Shown piece after piece: positions 1 through 10,668 of a DNA stretch of 64,000 bases; position 1 is the first letter of the stretch; each line of letters starts with the position of its first letter. The stretch covers positions 28,582,001 to 28,646,000 of the forward strand of contig OX442314.1 in the NCBI GenBank assembly GCA_949358305.1, given 5' to 3'. Below the pieces are notes generated by a model. It did no database searches. It saw only the letters and a list, made by a program, of their open reading frames with translations, and was not told where the DNA came from. Both the position numbers and the translations under genes were made by a program. The stretch is from Strigamia acuminata. Lineage: Eukaryota.

Positions 1-2382
1 TGCATTTGGGTAATTGTCAGCAGCTGGTTGGTATAACCGCGTCCAAAATCCACAGAATTTTACATCTGCCGGAGACGCGGTGGGAATTTCATTCATCTTC
101 CTTAAATCCCAACGGTGACAACTCGTAGGGCAATAAATGATGCGGGAGTCATCCTCGCCATCATCGTCAGCGTCGATTGGATCTGACACTGGTGCCCGTG
201 ACAGAGCGTCAGCCACGACGTTATATTTGCCGGGCTTGTATTGAATGGTCAAGTCGCATGCCATCAGTTCTAACTGCCATCTGGCTAGTCGACCGGCTGG
301 CTCTTTTAATTTCATCAGCCATTGTAACGCTTGATGATCTGTGTGGACCACAAATTTGGTATATTCGAGATAATCTCTGAATTTCCTTATGGCCCACACA
401 ACGGCCAAACACTCCAACTCGGTGGCATTGTAATTCTTTTCAGCGCCTTGGAGTTTGCGACTTATAAACATGCACGGCAGGTCTTGTTCGACTCCGTCGC
501 GCACGTGTGTTTGGAGCAACGCCGCTCCTAACCCAACTCTGCTGGCGTCCGTGTGTAATATGAACGGCCGGTTTAAGTCGGGTAGAGGCATTACGCCGAC
601 TTCCGTCAGCATCCTCTTTATTGCATTAAATGCGATGTTGCACTCATTTGACCATACAAATTCGTTTTCATTCTTCAGGAGGTCGGTAACTGGGGCTGCC
701 ACTTCAGCTAGACCCGGTAGCAACCTGCCGAAGAAGTTTATCATTCCCATAAACCGTTGGACACCTTTAACGTCCTCGGGTGGTGGGAAACGATTAATCG
801 CATCGATTTTTTCGGGGCCAATAGCTAAACCATTGACTCCAATGCGATAACCCAGGAAGGCAAGCTCCTTTCGACAGAACTTGCTTTTGCCCGGATGCAC
901 GTGTAACCCAGCTTTTGCCAGCCGGGTGAGCACTTGGTCGATGTGCTCAATGTGCTCTTCGAATGTTTTAGAGGCAATAACTATGTCATCTAGGTATGCC
1001 CACACAAACTGATGCAGGATATCACCCAATACGCTTTCGATTAGTCTCTGAAAGGTACTGGGAGCATTCACTAAACCAAATGGCATGACGTTGAACATCA
1101 ACCGTCCAATTGGCGAGTAAAATGCTGTTTTTAACTTATCCTCTGGCCTCATCTCAACTTGCCAGTATCCCTTCGACAGATCCATCGTCGTAACCCAAGA
1201 AAAGGGGCTAAGCTCTCTCAAAATGGATTCGATAGACGGCATCTGTATGGGATCTATTTCTGTCACCGCGTTTAATGGGCGGTAATCAATGCATAGGCGT
1301 GGGTCCGAGCCCGGGCGCATCACGAGCACAACTCGCGTCGCGTATTCTCCCTGGGCCTCGGAGACAATGCCACTGTCTAGCATTTCTTGGCACATTTTTT
1401 GCACTATTTCACGTTTTTGCGGGTTCATTCCCTTATACGCAACTCGTATAGGTTTATTATCCGTCAATTTAATTTCGTGAATAGCCCTATTCGTTCGGCC
1501 CGGTTTTTTCGACAGGATCCCCTCATATTTAAGTAGGACCCTTCGTAGGGCTGCCGCTTCGTTTAATTCTAAAGCGGCGTCGGCGACAAGCGTTTCCACT
1601 ACATTGTCCCGTTGCAATTCTGTTACGAATGCTTTAAAATCGTAATCTTGAACGAATTTCTTTAGGCCTTTCTCCCACTGTGTCTTGTCGGCCGCTTCTT
1701 TTACAAGAGCTGGTGGCACGACAATTGCGGGTCTTTCCTTATCATTTCTGATATAATTCCAAGATTTCGTTATTGGATTGGGTTGTATTTCCATTGACGC
1801 CATGAGGTCTAAGCCCAACAGAAAAATTCTGTCGCATGTGGGCAGGACCAGGAAAGGGTGCTGTTCTACTCCTCCGAGCCACTCCATGGTCAATAATATA
1901 ACTCCTTTTGGACGCGCCATTCCGTTGGCGGTTTTTAGACGTATATTTTTATTAACGCCTTTTATCTTATCGGTGAGACCCAATGATGCTACTATGTCTT
2001 CGGAAACGAACGAGCGATCTGCTCCCGAGTCTAGTAGTCCCATAATTTTTTCACGTTCTATTGTCATGGGCAACATACATAGGCGGTTGGTGTATTCGAC
2101 CGCCACGTTGCACATGAAAACACGAAATTCTTCTGTGTCTTCGACTACTTGAGGTAATTCTTCAAGCAGTAGGTTCGGTTCTTCCGCCTCAGCCTCAGCG
2201 TTTGCGGTAATTACCTGCAAAGCGTTGTTGGCCCTGTCTTGAATTTGGGCGTTAGCTATGTCACTACCCATTTCTTTGACTGGTGGCGGCTTATCGAACC
2301 CTTTGTTAAACCCCTTTTTCTTCATGAATGGCGCAGACGGTCGAGAAATTATTTCTTCGCCGCCTGCGCTGACTCGTTTTTT
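1..2382 (-). CDS. pol: pol polyprotein (protease, RT, RNase H; partial), in the -1 frame relative to gag
   Basis: Manual translation of motifs: GLLDSGADRS (~2030), AYLDDIV (~990), ILHTDAS (~550), YLEYTKFVVHTDHQAL (~350), NVVADALSR (~210). Absent from the ORF track, consistent with no stop inside the window. Confidence 0.92.
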
Positions 2383-2394
2383 GACTCGTTTTTT
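2331..2394 (-). promoter_or_regulatory. -1 programmed ribosomal frameshift signal: two in-frame A_AAA_AAC heptamers plus a downstream hairpin
   Basis: Heptamers at 2394-2388 and 2382-2376; 6-nt spacer GAGTCA; stem GCGCAGGCGG / CCGTCTGCGC (2369-2331). The -1 frame leads into the protease motif. Confidence 0.85.
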
Positions 2395-5300
2395 GCCATG
2401 GCGAGTTTAATCTCTGCCATCTGCTTCATTATCGCGTCAAACTTAGCGTCTTCTTTCGCTGTTCTTGGGCACTCATTGGAGTAGTGGCCCGGTTGGTTAC
2501 ACTTGAAACAGCGAATATTTGATTTGTCTCTTGGGGCTTCAGTCGATTTTTTCTTTTCAGGGTCTGCTTTCGACGGTGGCGTGTAATTTTTCCGAAAATA
2601 CTTCGGAATTCGGCCGGCATTTGGTTTTAACCTGGCGCGAAATTCTTCTACCGCTCTATCTCGATGGATGAGATGTACTAGCGGTCCTTCCTCATCGCAA
2701 CCCGTTGATAAGGTATCGCGATAACTTCGTATTTCTTCGTCCGTCGAATAATCGTCTTTTTCTTCTTTTTCGTCTGATTTTCCGACATTTTGTTCGGCTT
2801 CCTCCCCCTCCTTGACCTCCTCCAGTGTCGCTTGCATGGCTGACGCTGTCGGTGCCTTTTTAGGGGCGGCCAAAGGGTTGGAAGGCAGCGTGGATGTCAG
2901 TTTATTTTTTATTTGTAAACCAACGCTAGCTTCTGCCAGCTCCATTATACCGCTAAGATATTCAGTAGGGCGCATAATCTTATCTGTCGCCCCATATCTT
3001 TCCGCACTCAACTTGAGACGTTTAGCGGTTGCTGCTTTCTCCGCTTCTGGTAAAGCGGAATAATATCTCTTCTCGATATCTATCGTGTTCTCGAACAGGA
3101 AGGCGCTCATCTCCTCGTAGCTACCTCCTGTCGGTGCCCTTTCTTCAAGTAGCACCCGTTGCGAGTACTCCGACAAACCGCCGAGAAAGAAAAGGTTGAA
3201 TCCCGTGGCATGAAATTCCATCGGGGCCTTTTCGAACAACAATCTGGCGCGAATGTCGTAATCCATTATGGTTTCACCAGGCATCTGGCGAAGACCTCGC
3301 ATCTTTCGGCTCACCTCTTCGGGTGTCTCGCCGTAGCGCAGGTCGAATCTCATTAAAAAGTCGTCCCAATTGACGCCTTTCAATCCTTGGTACCACTCAC
3401 GTGCCGAGCCTGTCATTAGCTCGACAATACCGTGGGTGAGCATGTCTCCTACGGTGGCTTTAGTGGCAGTCTTAATTCGAATTACTTCGTCAAGGAAGCG
3501 ATCTCCCGCTTTCCATGACCCGTCGAAACGGTTCTGAATATAAAATTGCCACCTAATATTCCCGGTAACACTCATGGTGTCACGTCGGGAGACAGCGTAT
3601 TTTTTCTTTACGCGGTCACCAGTGCTACGATTACGATCGTTTCGTTTGCTCAGATCGATTCCCTCGGCTTTTAACGAGCCAAGTAGGGCTCTTCCAAGCT
3701 CTCCCATCGTATACTGCCGACCCGTCGAATCGGTAAACGCGCTTTGTCGGGGAAGGTCCTGAAACTCCTCCCGTCGGTGGTCGCTATTTTCCGATCGACG
3801 TCGTTTCTCTCTATCGCGCGGAGAGTTGGATCTCTTCCGGCGATTACTTGATTTTTCCTTTCGTCTGTCGTCGTTGGATGAGGGGTCGGAGCTGGGGTCG
3901 GGAGACGGTGAGCGGCGTGGCGGGTTGCGCCGTGAAGAGTTTGACTCTTTCCGGCCCCTACGACGGTCGTCACGTTCCCTTTCTCTGCGTTCATCGCGTT
4001 CTCTTTCCCTTCGTCTTTCTCCGGAACCTCTCTCCGAATCGTGATGACTGGGTGCATTTGACTCCAGTCCATCTGACGACGAATCACTATTTCCGTAGTG
4101 AAAATATTTCGGTCTTTCATCGCGTTTGCCTTCTTCTCGCGAAGAGGTGCGATCATGCGATTGTCTCCTTGACGACTCGTCGTCTTTAAGGATGGGCACT
4201 GGTTGTTGCCACTCAGTCCCTTGTGGATTATCATGCTGTTGGCTTGTGAGAGCTTGCTCTTCATTTCGCCTAGCATTATTAGCGTTGATTAATCGCGTTA
4301 TCGCATTATTTGTGGCTGAATCGAGAGCTTGCATGCGGGGCCGAGTTTGTTGTTCTCTGGCCGACGCATCTCTCTTGCGCGGAGTAGCTGGTGTTGCTCT
4401 CTCCGGCTGGGGTTTGGGTTTGGCCTTCGGCGTGCGCTTTGGGTCTCCCTCTAGGCTCTCGTCGGACAGCTCGGATGAACTGACCTCTGGTTTGCGGACG
4501 GATTTCGGGTCATCTCGTCGCAATCTGGCCATAAATGCTCGCTCTGCTTCTTGTTGCGAGTGGAAAGCATATCGATGTGCTCTCAGGGCTCGGTCAACTA
4601 TTTCTACCTCCTCGGGAGTAGTCGGATTGGGCTGGGTTCTGCCGTACTCGAGAGCTTGCGCTTCTCTTTCCGCCAGCTTCCTCCGTCTCTCGCGAATGGC
4701 TTGACGAGCCTCGTTCTCTGCATCCGCTTCAAATTGAGCGGAATCAACCAATTGTTGAGCGTGTGCACCTTCAACAATGGTGATTTGTGGGGATACACTG
4801 TGCGCTTTTAAAGCTGCACGTACGATCTGTAACGTTTCGTACACGGTAATTTTCCCCGTCGGAAGGGTGTATCTCACTCCCTCCGCTTGTGCCAACTGCA
4901 TCGCATCAATCAAGGTGCCCGAGACGCTGTAAGGCTGGCTTGAAACACGCTTGACAGAGGACGAGTTGGACTTGTGCCCTTCAGACACTACCGAGGCTGG
5001 TCGACTGTGCGTAACTGGCGTGTTTAGTGCCGAATTAGCGGTCGTATTTGAGGCCGTCTTTTGTATCGGAGACGCTGCTTTCGGACTGCCCACCTCGGTG
5101 TCGTGCGTTAGACGAGGCGATTGGTTACGGGATAAAACCTCGTTTCCGCTCGTCTCGCCGTCACGGTTAGAACGCGGCAGTTTGGAGTGAGATTGCTCTT
5201 CACCCCGCTCTGTCTCGTCCAATCGCTGCCTCGTCTCGGTGCGAGACGGGTGCGATGCCTCGGATGCGCTTCTACGATCGGGTTTAGGCTTACGCCGTTT

Positions 5301-5432
5301 TTGCCTCGCTTCGTGCGCTGAGGCTTTGGGTAAGGGACCTCCAGATCGCAAGTGATAGTCGGCGCCTTTACGACTGCCGGCTCTCTTGTTTGCGTCGGAG
5401 TCGGAATCTGTTACTCGGGTATTATCTGCCAT
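2349..5432 (-). CDS. gag: Gag (~1027 aa) with long disordered N-terminus, capsid-like region and CCHC zinc knuckle
   Basis: ORF 2349-5459 with first ATG at 5432; LMTGSAREWY capsid-like motif; CFKCNQPGHYSNEC knuckle. Confidence 0.92.
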   Translation of the reverse strand: MADNTRVTDSDSDANKRAGSRKGADYHLRSGGPLPKASAHEARQKRRKPKPDRRSASEASHPSRTETRQRLDETERGEEQSHSKLPRSNRDGETSGNEVLSRNQSPRLTHDTEVGSPKAASPIQKTASNTTANSALNTPVTHSRPASVVSEGHKSNSSSVKRVSSQPYSVSGTLIDAMQLAQAEGVRYTLPTGKITVYETLQIVRAALKAHSVSPQITIVEGAHAQQLVDSAQFEADAENEARQAIRERRRKLAEREAQALEYGRTQPNPTTPEEVEIVDRALRAHRYAFHSQQEAERAFMARLRRDDPKSVRKPEVSSSELSDESLEGDPKRTPKAKPKPQPERATPATPRKRDASAREQQTRPRMQALDSATNNAITRLINANNARRNEEQALTSQQHDNPQGTEWQQPVPILKDDESSRRQSHDRTSSREEGKRDERPKYFHYGNSDSSSDGLESNAPSHHDSERGSGERRRERERDERRERERDDRRRGRKESNSSRRNPPRRSPSPDPSSDPSSNDDRRKEKSSNRRKRSNSPRDREKRRRSENSDHRREEFQDLPRQSAFTDSTGRQYTMGELGRALLGSLKAEGIDLSKRNDRNRSTGDRVKKKYAVSRRDTMSVTGNIRWQFYIQNRFDGSWKAGDRFLDEVIRIKTATKATVGDMLTHGIVELMTGSAREWYQGLKGVNWDDFLMRFDLRYGETPEEVSRKMRGLRQMPGETIMDYDIRARLLFEKAPMEFHATGFNLFFLGGLSEYSQRVLLEERAPTGGSYEEMSAFLFENTIDIEKRYYSALPEAEKAATAKRLKLSAERYGATDKIMRPTEYLSGIMELAEASVGLQIKNKLTSTLPSNPLAAPKKAPTASAMQATLEEVKEGEEAEQNVGKSDEKEEKDDYSTDEEIRSYRDTLSTGCDEEGPLVHLIHRDRAVEEFRARLKPNAGRIPKYFRKNYTPPSKADPEKKKSTEAPRDKSNIRCFKCNQPGHYSNECPRTAKEDAKFDAIMKQMAEIKLAMAKNESKNESAQAAKK

Positions 5433-5484
5433 TTCTTGCTTTGGGTATGATGTAATCACAGGTTAGAATCAGTTATTCGACTTG

Positions 5485-5502
5485 ATCCCGGACAGGCCCC
5501 CA
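5485..5502 (-). promoter_or_regulatory. Primer binding site, tRNA-Pro-like
   Basis: TGGGGGCCTGTCCGGGAT, 2 nt inside the LTR end; close to the tRNA-Pro PBS TGGGGGCTCGTCCGGGAT. Confidence 0.8.
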
Positions 5503-5504
5503 CG

Positions 5505-6526
5505 TGTCGCGCTCAACTCTAACCGTCGCTAACTCGTGGGTTGATTACTTAATTCGACTAACTCACTACCGCTTTGCTCAAGCGGTTTACCCAAAGAAAT
5601 GATTACACAGATATAAAAGGTAAAATATAATATAGATTTATTCTGTGGGACAATGTACAGATATATCTTATATATATATATATATATAAAAGGTAGGTAA
5701 AAGGTAAATCGGAATGGGTGAAGGGAAATGGAAAGGTAAAGGTATGATGAAAGCTGGCTGGAATCGGCGAGGTCGTCTGTTGTCTCGGTCGTGTCCAAGA
5801 TGGCGTCCTCGTTGTGGCAACGTGGTGTCGTCTTGGGCCGGCGTGGCAATATGGCGTCCTCGGCTCGTCTCTGGCTGGTCCTTCGGGCTCACGCTGGTCG
5901 GGCGCGAGTGAATGCTTAGTTAAAAGGCTTACTTCGGGCTGTTGTCTAGGTTTTTGTGTGGTGTCCGGCGATCACACAGCGGCGGACTCTTCTGGCTCCC
6001 GGCGGTCACACAGCGGCGGGAACGCTCGTCGTGGTTTTACTGCAGTTTAGGCTTGTGCGACCGTTTGTCTGCACAACTCGCTAAACTGGAGTGGTTTTTA
6101 CTATTTCTAGCTGGTGTGCTAAAATAGTGTGGTAATCTTATCTCGCAGGTTACTCTGCGGAGTTTGACACTGACCAAACGTACTCACGGTAAATTGTCCT
6201 TTGTCCTTGGTCAATCCCAGTATATTTACTTGGGCCTGATCTTGTAGGACGACGGGTTTTACGTGTGTTTCTCGTTTGATGGTTGTGTTGGTTCTGCCCG
6301 CTCAGTGCAAGGCACATTCCTTTGCACAAAGCGGGGTTGACAGGTGACCGGAATCACCCAATGGTGGGGTGGACGAGCCATCCCCACTCCCTCAGGGCAG
6401 ACGCCTGTCCATTGACTAGATGTCAATGCACTGAGGGAAGGGAGACGCGCTTGCGGCTCCCCTTACACCCGAAACGAGGTCACGAGAGAAACTCTTCGTT
6501 GACCCCGGTCCAGTCGGGTCACAACA
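5505..6526 (-). repeat. 5' LTR (~1.02 kb) of the gypsy element, with a (TA)n tract near 5660-5690
   Basis: TG...CA termini between the PBS and resumption of host exon sequence (atatgcg at 6527). Second LTR is outside the window, so the outer edge could be 6523. Confidence 0.75.
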
Positions 6527-7343
6527 ATATGCGTTTTTTGAACAAGGTCGCAAGCAACCACAATCTAATGTTGCCAGTGTGGATAATTCTAGTTTGTACG
6601 CAGCCTCGTGAGTTTTAGATACAATGGCCTTATTTTTGACAGCACGGCAATCACGAACTGCATCATTAAAAGGCATGTAGGGTAATCTGAAATTTAAAAA
6701 TATATTTAAAGTCAATAAACTCAATATTGAGTGAAAAACAGATGGGCATTTTCTCTTTTTTCTGATTTTCTTTACTTTGTGACTGGATATGGTCTTACCC
6801 GCGCAGTATGGGGATTTACATCAACCACATCGATAAAATATAATTTTCTTAGCTTACCTTTTTAACTCTTACAAGCTCAACATTTCCCATTAAACTCGAA
6901 TCGCTCCACAGCCGAGTGTAGTTGTCAATCTCGGTATTTAAATTGATTAGTCCTCTCACTGCACTTCCACAATGTTTGAATTCCGAATAGACGTCACCTT
7001 CAAAATGTAGTGGCCACAAAGCGGTCAAAGCTGCAGTGTCGAACCCTGCTGCAGAGAAGCCGAGTAGTTTTAAGTGTGTTGTCTCTTTAAATTCAATGTT
7101 AACTTCAACCGGTCCAGACATGTAATAGCGTAGTCTGTCATACGTCTGGTAACAGCAAATGCCCGAGCAAAAACCGATTGCAATCAACCACAGAATTCGG
7201 ACCGAAAGTGATATTCGTTCGTCCAAAATCTTGTTGAGTATCGGTAGGGAATTCATCTCGATTGAATCTTCAATTTGTTCTCTACATAAATACCTAATGC
7301 AATGTTTTCGTTTGATGACTCGTCGGTTTCTCGCGAGTGCCAT
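6527..7343 (-). pseudogene. Tandem-domain DEG/ENaC gene, copy 1 (exon 1 plus part of exon 6; internal deletion and gypsy insertion)
   Basis: Exon 1 (MALARNRR...RILWLIAIGFCSGICCYQTYDRLRYYMSGPV) is near-identical to the other copies. Exon 6 fragment LPYMPF...CGCLRPCSKNAY is cut by the LTR. Exons 2-5 are missing. Confidence 0.85.
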
Positions 7344-7687
7344 ATTGCGAGTGGAGTTGTTGTCCGTTAACGCGCACTGAAAATGTATTTCAAAAAATTC
7401 AATAACGATTTTTGATTTATTTTTAGAACAAGCCGCACTGACCGTGACAAGGCCTAATTTAAATTTAAATTTATACAAAATTAAAAAAAATGTGTACTCT
7501 TTATAAAAGTGCACATTTTTTTTTAATTTTGTATAAATTTAAATAAATAATAATATTTTAATAATAATATTTTTAACGTTTTCACAGAGACAAAATTTTT
7601 AGTTGAATTTTTAATTTGAAATTATATAAAAAGCCGATCACTAATTAAATTTTCTACCTGCAGTGTCGATAAAATTAAGTGACTTGA

Positions 7688-9036
7688 TGTTGTTGGTACA
7701 TAGTAAAATCCACGACCATTGAACGATAACAAGAAGCAAAAGCTGTTTATTTTAATCAGCCATTTTTATGTACACAGAGTTGTCAAGGACAACAGCGCTC
7801 ACACAATAAAGGTCTTTTTCCTTTTTGTCAAACAATTGCGCAATTACTCAATTATTCATTTTTATGTTTAAATCCACTCACAATCTCCCCTTTGATTTTA
7901 ACACTCAAAATAAAAGAAAACGAACCGTTAACAAACTTAAACAACTAGCATTAACATTGTAAACAATTTTTCATCTTGTCTTCAAAGAATATTCATTCCT
8001 CGTAAACATTTATCTATGTTGGGCTTGCTAAGTGGTTTTATCATCAAAACAGCCAACACCTCCATTCCTGGTACGTGGACCACCTGGATCTTGTCCGTTT
8101 CGACTCTTGATTTAATTAGATGATACTTTCGGTTCAGGTATTTGGTCCGTACTCTTTGTATCCCATCTTGCAGCATCTGGACTGCTGCTTCGTTGTCGTT
8201 ATAAAGCGTAATCTGCTGGCTGACCGGTGCTTGTAGATCTCCCAAGATCCCCTTCACCCAACTCAACTCTTTAATCGCATCAGCCACCGCATTCAGTTCG
8301 CTTTCGCAAGAAGACTCCGCCACGTTGCCTTGTTTCTTGCACCTCCAACTCAACAACGAATCCTCATTCTTCACTATGAATCCTTTAAACGACCGTGCGT
8401 TTTGTGTTGAATTCCAACTAGCATCCGCGTAAGAGTGCAAACAATGTTCTCCCTTCGTATACTTCAGCTTGTAATCTAGCGTTCCTCGAATATATCTCAG
8501 TACTCGCTTGGCCGCCGCCAAGAGCATCTCCCTCAAATCTTTGTTAAAGCGGGAAAGAGAGCTTACTGCAAAACTCAAATCTGGCCTGGTGCTGGTCGCT
8601 AGGTACATTATGCTGCCCATGACTTCCTGATGAAGTCTCTGGTCCACAGGCTCACTATCCTCGAATTCTTCCAGCTTGAGCCCTAGTTCACACGGTGTAG
8701 CAACTGGGTTGCATCTTTCCAGCCCAAAACGTTTCAACACCTTTTCCGCATATTTGCGTTGAAAAAGACAAATTTCCCCGTCTTTTTGGCTAACTCTCAA
8801 GCCCAAAACGTACGTAAGTTTGCCCATCGCCACCAATTCCACAAACTTGCCCAAATCTCAAATCTTTTCATCCCGAATTTCTCGTGCTGATGCATGGAAT
8901 TAATCCCATCTCGCATCGCTTTGTTCTATTTATTCGCCTCGGGTAACGTCATCGCTTGCTTGTGCGCGGCAGGCGTAATCAAAACGTCAGCCATGTTGGC
9001 TTGTTCTCTCAGCCTTCCCGAACGACATACACCGCG
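7688..9036 (-). mobile_element. Ty1/copia retrotransposon 3' fragment (pre-RT stretch, internally deleted RT, RNase H, PPT, ~195-bp 3' LTR)
   Basis: ORF 7982-8854 with YLATSTRPDLSFAVS, YADASW, SSCESE, YNDNEAA. Upstream PAAHKQAMTLPEANK*NKAMRDGINSM resembles the copia pre-RT motif. PPT AAAGGGGAGAT precedes the LTR start at 7882. Confidence 0.88.
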
Positions 9037-9121
9037 TTGTTTACATAAATACCTAATGCGATGTTTTCGTTTGATGACTTTTCGATTTCTCGCGAGTGTT
9101 ATATTGCGAGTGGAGTTCTTG
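9037..9121 (-). pseudogene. Remnant of exon 1 of another channel-gene copy (1b); its upstream flank resumes at 18383
   Basis: ITLARNRKVIKRKHRIRYLCK matches exon 1, with ATG changed to ATA. Host sequence continues (ccgtttacgcacactgaaaatg) right after the hAT terminus. Confidence 0.75.
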
Positions 9122-10668
9122 AATGTTTTCAAGAAACAGAAACAGTAACAGAAAGCCTCTCTACGGGGGCTGATGATCTAATTCTGGATTTGTGAAAACA
9201 TCAACATTAGTAATTTCACAGATACTCGGTACTTTGGATTCCAGCGAGATCAGCACAGAAATGCTGTCGAAATACGAATTCCATCTTGTGATTCCGGGTG
9301 TTGGAATGAAACGATTACAAAGTTCATGTAGTTTTTCTGCAACCTGTGCGCTACGATTCATCTTGTTGCAAATCGATTGAAATTTGCACATTGCACTGTT
9401 GTAACGCCGCTTGTATATGTTCGTTTTTAACGCCGTAGCAGCATCCGTCGTAGCGATCAAGTTAATCGAATGTGCACTGCATCGGAGATGCGAGGGTAAT
9501 TCTAAATCGAAATCGAATTCACTGTCGGGTGTAGATTCTGGCCCAGTCAAGATATCTCCAACCGATTGAAGAATTATTGGTTCATCTTCATCTTCAACTT
9601 CTTCAGGATCGGACTCGGTATGTTCAAACAACCTAAAGGCTTTGACAAAGTTACTGGCATTGTTGGTGATTGTTTTCGTAACTTTCGATGGATCCAGGCC
9701 GTACTTGTTGTGGATTGAAACTAATTTTCTGGCAATTTCAAGGTAGGTGTGTGATCCAGTGAATCGTTGAACTGCAATTGCGGCCGATTTCCTTTCGAGA
9801 TTTTCATTTAACCAGTGAATGGTCATCCCCAAAAAGCTTTTACAATGAGAGGTCCAGATGTCGGCTGTCGTACCGTCATCTGGGGTAACATTGAATATTT
9901 TTTTTAACTTTTTTTGTACATTTTTTACTGTATCTTCATAACTAATTATGTTAAAAATTTAAAAAAATTTTCTAGTATGCATCTAGGTGTAAAGAACTTT
10001 GAAAAAAAATATGGAATTTTTCGGGGCATCCCAAAGCTGAAATTTTATTTTTGAAATTTGTGTTCAAAGTTTCCCGTGAGTGGGGTAACAATGAAAACAA
10101 TGAAAAAGATTTTTATTTAGTTGTTATCTTTGTGAATAAAGCCCAAGTGTTCATTGTTAGACTACGCTGAATATATCTTGAAACATACAGATTACAATTA
10201 GCTCAAATAAGCTACTGTTCAAAGTTACCCCATTTATTCCCAAATATAAATATTTTATCATTATAAAGATTAATTACAAATAAACTGTAAAAATATTTTT
10301 TAATAGGAAGAATACTGCCTTGCATCCTGCTTTCTTTTGTAATTGCTCATCTAAACCATTAAAAAAAATTTAAAATATAGTTCAATGTTACCCCAGATTT
10401 TCGAAAAGTGTGGGGTAATTTTAAACGCCCCTCCCACGACTAACTGGATCAAAGTACATGCATTTGACCAAAAAACAATTTTCCTCTAAGGAATAGTAGT
10501 TATAAATGACTACAAATCAATATAATTCCCATTTTTGTTAAAAACTTAGACATAACTTTCAAAAACCCTGTTTTTTGCAGAAAAATTCACCGTGCCTCTT
10601 AACTTTTTTCCTCAGGTTCAAAAACGAAAGTAATATGATTTGAAGTAAACAAACATCACTTGAAAGGT

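Larger units (their letters stand above)
1..6526 (-). mobile_element. Ty3/gypsy LTR retrotransposon (5' LTR, PBS, gag, pol; 3' part runs off the window)
   Basis: 5' LTR 5505-6526 (TGTTGTG...GCGACA on - strand), tRNA-Pro-like PBS, gag with CCHC knuckle, then protease-RT-RNaseH in gypsy order. Its edge abuts a channel-gene exon at 6527. Confidence 0.95.

Noticed and set aside
177..5190. Many + strand ORFs opposite gag/pol
   Set aside because: Antisense shadows of the retrotransposon coding sequence with no independent motifs.
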